64,000 nt of DNA from Planctomycetota bacterium (lineage in GTDB: Bacteria; Planctomycetota; JACOTG01): assembly GCA_016178505.1 (NCBI GenBank), contig JACOTG010000190.1, positions 16,939 through 80,938 on the forward strand, given 5' to 3'. Of the stretch, positions 26,530 to 35,059 are shown piece by piece. Position 1 is the stretch's first letter. Each line of letters opens with the position of its first letter. The position numbers and the translations under genes are program-made. The notes beneath the pieces were generated by a model. It was not told the origin of the DNA and ran no database searches. It saw nothing but the letters and a program-made list of their open reading frames with translations.

Positions 26530-27326
26530 TCGTCGCGAGCCCACGGTAGCGCAAGGTTGTGCTCGCGGCTGCTTCTCGCCGAGACGTAGATCACCCAGGG
26601 CGCGATGCGCGTTTCGCTCACCCACGCGATCCCTTCGTCCGGTCGTCCCAACGGCTCCAGCCGCTCGACGAGGTCGAGCCCGGCGCGTCGATAGAGTTCG
26701 CGATAGTCTTCGTCGAACCAGACGATGTCCTCGACGGGTCTTCGATCCTCCAGATCCGTCACGACGATCCGCACGCGATCACCCGTGCGAGCATTGCGGT
26801 TTTCCGGGAAGTCTTTCGTCGTGAACGACGCCCATTCGTGCCGGTAGATCTCAGCCGAGGAGACGACGCTGACGAAGGCGCCGCGATCCTGGAGGACTCG
26901 TCGTACTTCGCGAAACAGAGTGAGTTTCTTTTCCCATGTCGGCACGTTGTCGAACGTGAACATCGAGAGCACTAGGTCGAACGATCCGTCCGGGAATGAG
27001 CCGAGATCTCCGTCGTCGATCCGGCGATAGTCGCCTGCCGGATCCAGCCCGCGCGCCATTCGAATCATGTCGTCCGAGATGTCCGCGCCGATCGCCGAGA
27101 ACCCGTGCCGACGAAGGAAGCGCGTCGAGCGTCCGGACCCGCACCCCAGATCGAGCGTGCGGCGGCCGCGTCCGTGACGAGCGAAGATCTCCGGGAGATC
27201 GCGGAAGGCAAGAAAGTACGTGCCCGGGAATTCGAGCTTCGAATAAGCCTTCGCGCGAACCGGGTCTTCGTACGTGTTCTCGAACTCCACGGGTCCCGTC
27301 CCTCCGGAAGATGACATCCGACGCAT
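26526..27326 (-). CDS. Class I SAM-dependent methyltransferase
   Basis: Motif I: RTLDLGCGSGRSTRFL. Post-I: ADISDDMI. Motif II/III: FDLVLSMFTFDNV..LFREVRRVLQDRGAFV. Confidence 0.85.
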   Translation of the reverse strand: MRRMSSSGGTGPVEFENTYEDPVRAKAYSKLEFPGTYFLAFRDLPEIFARHGRGRRTLDLGCGSGRSTRFLRRHGFSAIGADISDDMIRMARGLDPAGDYRRIDDGDLGSFPDGSFDLVLSMFTFDNVPTWEKKLTLFREVRRVLQDRGAFVSVVSSAEIYRHEWASFTTKDFPENRNARTGDRVRIVVTDLEDRRPVEDIVWFDEDYRELYRRAGLDLVERLEPLGRPDEGIAWVSETRIAPWVIYVSARSSREHNLALPWARDE

Positions 27327-27677
27327 CTTATCTCGTCTGACGTCGGAATCGGCGTTGCGCGCGCCGGTCGCGTTGCCTGGTGAGATAGGCTCTTAGGTTG
27401 ACGCCCGAACGAGAGAGTGGTTTGCCGAGCATCGCGTCGATGGGACTCGCGACCAGCAAGGACGCCGGCTCGACGGTCGAACGATCCTATCGCTAACGCG
27501 GCCGGCCAACGAATGGAAGCCGCCATGCGACGCGGCTAGCATCAAGTTGCGCGCGTGCATTTCGCCCCTGGCAGCCACCATTCGGTCTTGCGCTTGCTAC
27601 TCGACGGATGCTTCCGATCGTGGAGCGAAAGGTGATCATCAGGGTGAGCGAATCTTCGAAAATCGCAGGAGACTGAC

Positions 27678-30600
27678 ATGCGGCACGACATCACTCCCAC
27701 GGCTGGTTTCGTCGTATTGCTCCTTTCGGCGAGCACCGTACGAGCGCAGACGCCACCACCTGCCCCCGTAGTGTCAGAGCCCGCCGCCGGGGCGTCGCTG
27801 GTCCAGCCCATCACGCTGAAATGGGGCGCGGTCGTCGATCCCGATGGTCCCATCGGAAGCTACACGTGGCAGGTGGGAACCAGCTCGACGTTCGGGACGG
27901 TCATCGCGTCGGGATTCACGAACGTCAATCCCGACGCCATCCCGGCGGCGACCCAAGACGCGGTCAGCGGCCTTCCCAACGGCACGTATTTTTTGCGCGT
28001 CAAAGCCACTCAGATCGTGGGAGGCGTCGTCTTTTCGCTCGACTCCGCATGGTCGCCGGTCCTCAGCTTTACGGTGATAGGACTCGGCGCCGCTCCCGGA
28101 ACACCCAGCTTCGCGTCGCCGGCGACCGGATCGTCGTTCCACGTGCGCGAGTTCTTTCAGATTCGGTGGAGTGCGGTGCCGAACGCGCATCACTACCTCC
28201 TCGAAGTCGACGATGAGCCCTCGTTCTCATATCCACTGACGCTCACTACCGACCTCATTCAGTTCGGGACGGTCTTCCAAGCGGGCTGGGGCAACGCGAT
28301 TCCCGACATCTACTATCGCGTCCGCGCCGTGTCGGCGGACAACGTGCGCAGCCTGCCGTCACCGACGCTGAACATTCACGTGACGAACGCAGCGCCCGTT
28401 CCGCCTCCGCCGACTCCCCTGTCGCCGACCGGCGGGGCGACGATCACCGTGCCCTTCACGTTCGACTGGACCGACACGGCGAACCCGCAGATACCCGGCT
28501 ACGATCTCGACATCGACAACGAGCCGAACTTTCTCGGCACGACGGGCGTGCTTTTCTTCCAGGGCGTCAGCCGATCCGATTACATGGTCGTCTCGGACCC
28601 CTTGGTCGAGCACCTCAATCACCTTCCGCCGGGCACCTACTTTTGGCGGGTTCGGGCGATTCACGGTGACGTCGTGGGTTCTTGGTCTGCGGGAGCGAGC
28701 TTCACTGTCGTCGCCTCACCGCCGACGCCTCCCGGACTCGCGCTCTTTTCGATCATCGCCGAGCCCGGCAGCGTCAATGGAGGCAACTCGACGCAAGCGC
28801 GCGTGACGCTGAACGGGCCCGCACCAGCGGGCGGCGCTTTGGTCAAGATCGCGAGCGACCTGCCGCACGCTCAGACGCCCACGAGCGTGCTGATTCCCGC
28901 AGGCGCGACCGATGCGACGATCTCTCCGATCACGACGGTTCCCGTACGGGGCGCCACGATCGGCAACATTCGCGCGGCGTACGCCGACGGCTGGCAGCAG
29001 AGCTCGCTCGGGCTATTCCCGTTGCTCTGGGGCCTTTCGCTCAGCAATGACGCGGTCGTCGGCGGCACGCTCGTGACCGGGACCATCACGCTCCTGAATC
29101 CGGCGCCGCCAAGCGGCGTCGTCGTGACGCTGATCAGCGGTGACACGAGCCTCGCGACGCTCCCGCCGAGCGTCTTCATCCCGGCGGGCGCAACCAGTGG
29201 GACCTTCGACGTCACGACGGCGCCGGTGTCGATCGCGACGCGCGTGGTCATCGACTCGGGGACCGGATTCGAAGGATATCGCGCGCCGTCGAACTGGATG
29301 ACCCTTCTCCCGCCGGGGAGCCCGGCGCCGCCTCCGAGCCTCTCGTCCCTGACGCTCGCAACGGGCCGTGTGTTCGGCAGTGGAAGCACGACGGGAACGG
29401 TTGTGCTGACGTCGCCCGCTCCGGCTGGAGGCGCGACCGTTCGTCTGAGCGCCAGCATGGAAGGTCAGGTCGTCGCGCCGCAGTCGGTAACCGTGGCGGC
29501 GGGAGCGATCGCTGCGGATTTCCCGATCACGGCACCGCAGGTGAACGCGCCGCACTGGGTCCTCGTTCAGGGGTCGTACGGCGTGATGGGCAGCACGCAA
29601 GCACAGCTTCTCGAAGTCGATCCGGGTGTCCCCGGCGCGGCGACGCTTCTCGCCATCGGAGTCACTCCGTTGGACGTCATCGGCGGTGCCTCCACTCGCG
29701 GCACGATCGAGCTGGTGATGCCGGCGCCGTCCGGCGGCGGTGTCGTCACGCTGACGAGTGACGACCCTTCAATCGTCCAGGTACCTTCGAGCATTTCCGT
29801 TTCCGCGGGGAACAGTGCGGGCAGCTTCACGATCACGACCTCCCCCGTTCTCATGGCGACGGGCACTCGCGTCAACGCGAGCGCCGGCGGCGTGACGAGG
29901 TCGGCGTTCATCAACGTAGCGCCCGATCCCAATGCGCCGCCGGGCTTGCTCTCGGTCACGCTCAGCGTGAGCGGCGTCACCGGTGGCAATAACGTGAACG
30001 GCACTTTGTTCCTGAGCGCGAACGCGCCGGCGGGCGGAACTTCGGTGACGCTGTCGACCAGCAATGCGTCGGTGGCTCGAGTCCCGCCGATCGTGCTCGT
30101 GCCCGGGGGGCTGGGCTTCGCCAGTTTCACGGTGACCACGTTCCCCGTCTCAACGAGCACTCCGGTCACCATCACGGGCTTCTTCGGCAACTCGACACAG
30201 TCGGCGAACTTGACGGTCATGCCCAGCCCGTCGCCGCCGCCGATACCAAGCGCGCCGACGCTTCTCAGCCCAGCGAACTCCTCGCGGCCCGCGCAGCCGG
30301 TGACGCTCGATTGGAACGACGTCGCGAACGCGGCGACTTACCTGGTCCAGGTCGACGACTCGAGCGCCTTCTCGACGCCGCTCGTTCGAAGCCAGACGGT
30401 CACGGCATCGCAATTCACGACCAGCGGACTCGCCGCGCGAACTCAATGGTGGCGGGTGCGGGGTGTCAACTCGGTCGGAGGCGTCGGGCCATGGTCGGCC
30501 GTACGGCATTTCCAGCCGCAAGCGCAGCCTGCGACGCCGACGCTGTCGTCGCTCGCACTGAGTCCGACGAGCGTCGCTGGCGGTACGGCGTCTCGAGGCA

Positions 30601-31418
30601 CGGTGACGCTCACCGGGGTCGCTCCGTCGGGTGGGGCGGTTGTGTCGCTCTCGAGCAGCAACGCGAGCCTGGCCGGCGTGCCGCCGAGCGTGACGGTTCT
30701 CGCGGGCGCGACGACGGCGACGTTCTCCGTGACGACCGCAGCGACGACGAGCAGCACTTTCGTCACCCTCACGGGAAGCAACGGCGGCGTGACGCGGACC
30801 TCGACGATCACCGTCACTCCGCCGGCTGCGCCGGCGAGCGTTCAGAGTGTGACCGTGAGCCCATCGAACACGACCGGCGGGGCGAGTGCGCAGGGGACCG
30901 TGACGCTCACGATCGCGGCGCCTTCCGGCGGCGCCGTCGTTGCGCTTTCGAGCAGCAACGCAAGCGTGGCGACCGTGCCCGCGAGCGTCACGGTGCTCGC
31001 GGGATCGTCGACCGCCACGTTCTCGGTGCCCACCACGGTCGTCGCGGCGTCGGTGAGTGTGACGATCTCGGCCGCGTTCGGCGGCGCCAACGCGTCGTCG
31101 ACGCTCACGGTCGTGCCTGAGCCGTCGGGTCCGTTGCCGGCGCCGTCGCTCGCGAGCCCGGCCAACGACGCCCGGTTCTCCACGGGCCAATCGATCACCT
31201 TCGATTGGTCTGACGTGAGCGCGGCCGCGGGCTACACGATCGAGATCGACGACTCGCAAGGTTTCTCGGCGCCGCTCGTCCTGAGCCGAACCCTCGTGCC
31301 GTCCCAGCTCGCGACCAGCACGCTGCCCACCACGAGGATGTGGTGGCGCGTGCGTGCGAACGACGCGTCGGGCTCGCCTGGCGCGTGGTCCGCGGCTCTA
31401 CGATTCGAGGTGAGGTGA
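27678..31418 (+). CDS. 1246 aa secreted modular protein: FN3-like (WRVRA-type) modules plus seven ~98 aa unassigned beta-sandwich-like repeats
   Basis: AGGAGA SD and a signal peptide (FVVLLLSASTVRAQT). Five modules of type P..G(A/S)....P.T..W..V..A..Y...(V/I)D....F......YYWRVRA....G..G.WS. Seven repeats of type GG.S..GTVTL...AP.GGA.V.L.SS....A.VP.SV.V.AG...A.F.V.T. Confidence 0.85.
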   Translation: MRHDITPTAGFVVLLLSASTVRAQTPPPAPVVSEPAAGASLVQPITLKWGAVVDPDGPIGSYTWQVGTSSTFGTVIASGFTNVNPDAIPAATQDAVSGLPNGTYFLRVKATQIVGGVVFSLDSAWSPVLSFTVIGLGAAPGTPSFASPATGSSFHVREFFQIRWSAVPNAHHYLLEVDDEPSFSYPLTLTTDLIQFGTVFQAGWGNAIPDIYYRVRAVSADNVRSLPSPTLNIHVTNAAPVPPPPTPLSPTGGATITVPFTFDWTDTANPQIPGYDLDIDNEPNFLGTTGVLFFQGVSRSDYMVVSDPLVEHLNHLPPGTYFWRVRAIHGDVVGSWSAGASFTVVASPPTPPGLALFSIIAEPGSVNGGNSTQARVTLNGPAPAGGALVKIASDLPHAQTPTSVLIPAGATDATISPITTVPVRGATIGNIRAAYADGWQQSSLGLFPLLWGLSLSNDAVVGGTLVTGTITLLNPAPPSGVVVTLISGDTSLATLPPSVFIPAGATSGTFDVTTAPVSIATRVVIDSGTGFEGYRAPSNWMTLLPPGSPAPPPSLSSLTLATGRVFGSGSTTGTVVLTSPAPAGGATVRLSASMEGQVVAPQSVTVAAGAIAADFPITAPQVNAPHWVLVQGSYGVMGSTQAQLLEVDPGVPGAATLLAIGVTPLDVIGGASTRGTIELVMPAPSGGGVVTLTSDDPSIVQVPSSISVSAGNSAGSFTITTSPVLMATGTRVNASAGGVTRSAFINVAPDPNAPPGLLSVTLSVSGVTGGNNVNGTLFLSANAPAGGTSVTLSTSNASVARVPPIVLVPGGLGFASFTVTTFPVSTSTPVTITGFFGNSTQSANLTVMPSPSPPPIPSAPTLLSPANSSRPAQPVTLDWNDVANAATYLVQVDDSSAFSTPLVRSQTVTASQFTTSGLAARTQWWRVRGVNSVGGVGPWSAVRHFQPQAQPATPTLSSLALSPTSVAGGTASRGTVTLTGVAPSGGAVVSLSSSNASLAGVPPSVTVLAGATTATFSVTTAATTSSTFVTLTGSNGGVTRTSTITVTPPAAPASVQSVTVSPSNTTGGASAQGTVTLTIAAPSGGAVVALSSSNASVATVPASVTVLAGSSTATFSVPTTVVAASVSVTISAAFGGANASSTLTVVPEPSGPLPAPSLASPANDARFSTGQSITFDWSDVSAAAGYTIEIDDSQGFSAPLVLSRTLVPSQLATSTLPTTRMWWRVRANDASGSPGAWSAALRFEVR
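28742..31130 (+). repeat. Seven ~295 bp in-frame coding repeats (5 + 2, interrupted by one FN3-like module at about 30230-30540)
   Basis: Repeat units start near 28742, 29040, 29340, 29640, 29940, 30545 and 30840. The last two are the most similar to each other at both protein and DNA level (LSSSNAS(L/V)A.VP.SVTVLAG..TATFSV.T). Confidence 0.7.
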
Positions 31419-31610
31419 GAACCGGACGAATGACTTCTCCGCGTTAGTCGCCGGCCGGCATGCCGGTACCGGCGAGCACGATGCACACGGTCAGGATCCC
31501 CATCCGTCACGTCATCCTGGCGACGACGAGTCGCCCCGAACGAACGCTTTCCCGCGGACTTCGTGGAGGAAGTCGCGGTCACCGCACGGCGGAACGAGAT
31601 GCGACGCCGA

Positions 31611-31660
31611 CGAAAGAACTTCGACGCCGGCGCGCGTCATTCACTGCGCGCGTCGGCGTC
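31611..31660 (-). terminator. Strong GC hairpin between convergent genes; terminator-like for the minus-strand gene
   Basis: 14 bp stem with one G-U pair: 31623-31636 GACGCCGGCGCGCG pairs with 31647-31660. The loop is about 10 nt. On the minus strand it is followed by GAAGTTCTTTCG. Confidence 0.45.
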
Positions 31661-31675
31661 GTCGGGAATGCGGAA

Positions 31676-33148
31676 TCAGTAGACGCGGAACGTGAAGAAG
31701 TCCTTGTCGATCACGGCGCCGGTCGTCGGATGCATGACGAATACGGTGACGCGCACCGGCAGGCGGCTGAACCGCGCCGCGAGCGTCGGCGGAATGTGGG
31801 TCTGGAACGGCCCGAACGTCGACGTCCCCTGGCCCGCCGGCAGACTGCGTCTCGTTCTCGGCGACAACGTTCGCGTGACCGCTCCGCCGAGCGCCGAGGC
31901 AACGACCATGGTGTCGACGCCGCCCGCGATGGCTACACCCTTGCGAATCGCGATCGTGTAGTGGAGGAACGATCCGCGGGTGACGCCAATCTCTGAAGGG
32001 ACGATGTCCGCGGTGATCGGCGAGGCTTGGAGCGTGAAGTCCTGCATCAGGTCCGACGTGATCGACCGATTCTCGAGCAGGATGTGCTTGAAGCCGGTCG
32101 AGCTCGGCAGGTCCACCACGAGGTCGTCGGTCCCGGCCGGGACGATCGTCGAGTAAGCGCCGTTCGCGTCGGTTCGATCGCCCTGGATGGGGACGCTGTC
32201 GTCGCTCGCGTCGTAGGCATCGATGTCGACCAACGCTCGTGGCGTGCCACCGACCCTCACGATTCCCGAGACGTTGAGCCCCGAAACGACGTTGATCGTC
32301 CCGACGTTGACGTTTCCAGAGACGTCGACCTTCAGCATTCGCGTGGGGACGAGACGCGAAGCCACGACCGGCTGCACGGCGACGTCGAGGGAGCCCGGAG
32401 GCACGATCACGCTGAAGTTGCCGAGCGAGTCGGTGTTGTCGTTGTTCAATCGGACCGATGCCCCTGAGAACGAATCGCGCACGTCGATGTCTGCGCCGAC
32501 GACCGGTGCGTTGCCGGGGCCCGCCACGTTCCCGCTCAAGGCGAAACCGTTTTGCACGGTCACGGTGCCGAACGACGTGTCGCCCGAAACGGCGATGCCC
32601 GGAAGCACACGGGCGACGAGGAACAGGCTCGTCGGCGGATCGATGGCAACGTCCCACGTGCCCGCCGGTACGACGACGTCCACGAATCCCGTGGCGTCCG
32701 TGTTGTCGCCGGGCGTGTAGATCGTCGTGCCGTCGACCGGGTCGATCACGTCGATGTCCACGGCATCGACCGGGAGCGCACCCGAGTCCTGCACGGTCCC
32801 CGAGAGGATGAAACCCGGTTGCGTTACGATCGTGCCCAAGTTGGTGTCGCCCGAGATGACGACGCTTCGCTGGTTGACTCCGACCAATCGGTCGGTGATG
32901 GGCGGAATGACATGGATGTCGAACGTTCCCGTGGGCACGGTGAACGCAAAGAACCCGTTCGCATCGGTGTGATCGGCGGAGGTGGGAATCTGTGTTTGGC
33001 TCGCGCTGTCGAAGACGTTGAGATTCACGTCGAACACGCCGTTGACTCCGTCCGTCACGCGTCCGGACAAGATCGCCGCGCGTCCGTCCGCCGCGATCGA
33101 TACGGACGTTAGAATCACGAGCCCGAATGCCGCCTTCGACAGCCTCAT
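31676..33148 (-). CDS. Secreted protein with about six carboxypeptidase-regulatory-like repeats and a distinct C-terminal domain
   Basis: Track ORF starts at 33202. ATG 33148 has AAGGAGG 6 nt upstream and gives MRLSKAAFGLVILTSVSIAADG. Repeats are L(S/N)G.V...G.P(V/A)..(V/A)DI(D/N)V.D...G......D.TD..G.F...VP.G..D(V/I). Confidence 0.85.
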   Translation of the reverse strand: MRLSKAAFGLVILTSVSIAADGRAAILSGRVTDGVNGVFDVNLNVFDSASQTQIPTSADHTDANGFFAFTVPTGTFDIHVIPPITDRLVGVNQRSVVISGDTNLGTIVTQPGFILSGTVQDSGALPVDAVDIDVIDPVDGTTIYTPGDNTDATGFVDVVVPAGTWDVAIDPPTSLFLVARVLPGIAVSGDTSFGTVTVQNGFALSGNVAGPGNAPVVGADIDVRDSFSGASVRLNNDNTDSLGNFSVIVPPGSLDVAVQPVVASRLVPTRMLKVDVSGNVNVGTINVVSGLNVSGIVRVGGTPRALVDIDAYDASDDSVPIQGDRTDANGAYSTIVPAGTDDLVVDLPSSTGFKHILLENRSITSDLMQDFTLQASPITADIVPSEIGVTRGSFLHYTIAIRKGVAIAGGVDTMVVASALGGAVTRTLSPRTRRSLPAGQGTSTFGPFQTHIPPTLAARFSRLPVRVTVFVMHPTTGAVIDKDFFTFRVY

Positions 33149-33605
33149 GCCGAACCTCCTTGTTCTCTTCGAGCGAAATCCCGCAGGAATGCTTTCGCTC
33201 ATTGGAAAAAGTCCGCGATTGGGACAACTTGTCGCCCGAAGTCATCGGACTGCAATTGACGATCCGGGCGGCGAGGCGAGTGATCAGACCGTTCATCGCG
33301 AGACGGGAGTGCGACGTCGGGCGCCACGAGACCCATTTTGGCTGGCGAAGCGGCGCTCGAAATCGTCCCTCGCCGTTCTGCACCGGAAGACCTGGTCTCC
33401 GGAGTCCGCACGACGCACCACGTCGAGCCCGGGCCCGGCTCGCTCGGTGTTCCTGACGCCGCTTCTGCGATGGAAGCGTCTCTCGCGAGTGACTTCCGTG
33501 GACGGTATGATGCGCGCCGCGGAAATCGGCGGATCCGTCGGGATCCGGACCGCGTGACGGGATCGTCGGGACGCGCGACGTTCGAGCGTCGGTATTGGGC
33601 TTGCG

Positions 33606-33629
33606 AAGGACGGGGTGAGCCCGTCCTTT
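33606..33629 (+). promoter_or_regulatory. 9 bp stem hairpin in the peroxiredoxin 5' region
   Basis: AAGGACGGG (33606-33614), loop GTGAG, CCCGTCCTT (33620-33628), then TAC. It lies 37 nt upstream of ATG 33666. Confidence 0.3.
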
Positions 33630-33665
33630 ACGCAACATTCAGGTCGGCAAAACAAGGAGACCATC

Positions 33666-34328
33666 ATGACGCTGCGCATTGGAAGCAAAGCTCCGGATTT
33701 CAGCGCGGAAACCACTCAGGGCCAGCTCCGGTTCCATGAATGGATCGGCGACAGCTGGTGCGTTCTGTTCTCGCATCCGAAAGATTTCACGCCGGTTTGC
33801 ACCACCGAGCTCGGCTACGTTGCCGGACTTCAGCCGCAGTTCGAGAAGCGCAATTGCAAGATCATCGGCCTGAGCGTCGACCCCGTGGACGACCACAAGC
33901 GCTGGTCGGTCGACATCAAGGAGGCGACCGGACACATGCCCGGCTACCCGATGATCGGGGACTCCGATCTCACCGTGGCCAAGCTCTACGACATGCTGCC
34001 CGAAGACGCCGGCACCACGGCCAAAGGTCGGACCGCAGCGGACAACCACACGGTCCGAACGGTTTACGTCATCGGCCCCGACAAGGCGATCAAGGCGATG
34101 ATCGCCTACCCGATGAGCACGGGGCGCAATTTCGACGAAGTGCTGCGTCTCGTCGATTCCGTGCAGTTGACCGCGAAGCACAAGGTCGCGACCCCGGCGA
34201 ACTGGAAGCAAGGCGAGGACGTCATCATCGTGCCGGCCGTTTCGGACGACGAGGCCCGCAAGAAGTTCCCAGGCGGGTGGAAGTCACCGAAGCCGTACAT
34301 GCGATTCGTCTCGCAGCCGAAAGCGTAG
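33666..34328 (+). CDS. 1-Cys peroxiredoxin (Prx6-type)
   Basis: AAGGAGA SD. MTLRIGSKAPDFSAETTQGQLRFHEWIGDSWCVLFSHPKDFTPVCTTELG (PVCTTE peroxidatic Cys), then GLSVD..H.W, and the C-terminal extension VATPANWKQGEDVII typical of 1-Cys Prx. Confidence 0.95.
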   Translation: MTLRIGSKAPDFSAETTQGQLRFHEWIGDSWCVLFSHPKDFTPVCTTELGYVAGLQPQFEKRNCKIIGLSVDPVDDHKRWSVDIKEATGHMPGYPMIGDSDLTVAKLYDMLPEDAGTTAKGRTAADNHTVRTVYVIGPDKAIKAMIAYPMSTGRNFDEVLRLVDSVQLTAKHKVATPANWKQGEDVIIVPAVSDDEARKKFPGGWKSPKPYMRFVSQPKA

Positions 34329-34561
34329 TTCGAGGTGCGGCGGCCGGCGGTCAGTCCGGCCGTGCAACGTCGCCCTGTGGCTCCCGTGAATCTCAACCAG
34401 GCCGTGCGCGCACGAGTCTGGATGGCGAGATCCGCGCGGCGCCACAGGGCGGTGCGCGTGACTTATGCGCACGTTGCGCGCGGCTCGGGTTTTCGGTAGC
34501 GAAACGGCGGCCCCGCCGAATCGCTGCTCGGCTCGCGCGGCGCACATGATCAATGGCCCCC

Positions 34562-34936
34562 TCAATCGTTCACCATCAGGGCGCGGCGAACGAGGGATAC
34601 GACCTCGTCGATCTTGAACGGCTTCGAGACGAACTCGGCGGCTTCGAGTTTCCCTGCTTCGCGCACGTCCGCCTCGGTGCCGAGCGCACTCATGAGGATT
34701 ACTTTGCAGGATCGTCCGCTTGCCCGAAGACTCTGAAGCACCGACACGCCGTTCATCCCCGGAAGCTTCAGGTCGAGGAGTACGAGGTCGACCGGATCTC
34801 TCGTCGTGTCGAGGAGCGACAGAGCGGACTCTCCATCGCTGGCTTCGAGAACCCGGAGTCCCGCGCGGTGAAGGGCGTCCCGTAAGGCCCATCGGATGAG
34901 CTCTTCGTCGTCGACGATGAGAACGCAAGGCTGCAT
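34562..34936 (-). CDS. Stand-alone response regulator receiver (CheY-like)
   Basis: GGGAGG SD. VLIVDDEELIR..DLVLLDLKLPGMNG..VILMSA..EFVSKPF. No output domain. Confidence 0.9.
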   Translation of the reverse strand: MQPCVLIVDDEELIRWALRDALHRAGLRVLEASDGESALSLLDTTRDPVDLVLLDLKLPGMNGVSVLQSLRASGRSCKVILMSALGTEADVREAGKLEAAEFVSKPFKIDEVVSLVRRALMVND

Positions 34937-35059
34937 GATTCGGTACCTCCCGTCTGTCGTCGACAGGGAACAGAGACTCCCATTCGCTTTGGGAGGGAGG
35001 TCGATGATTGTAACCGATGATCGCGCCTCCTATGATCGCGCCGTGTTCAATGGAGTCCG

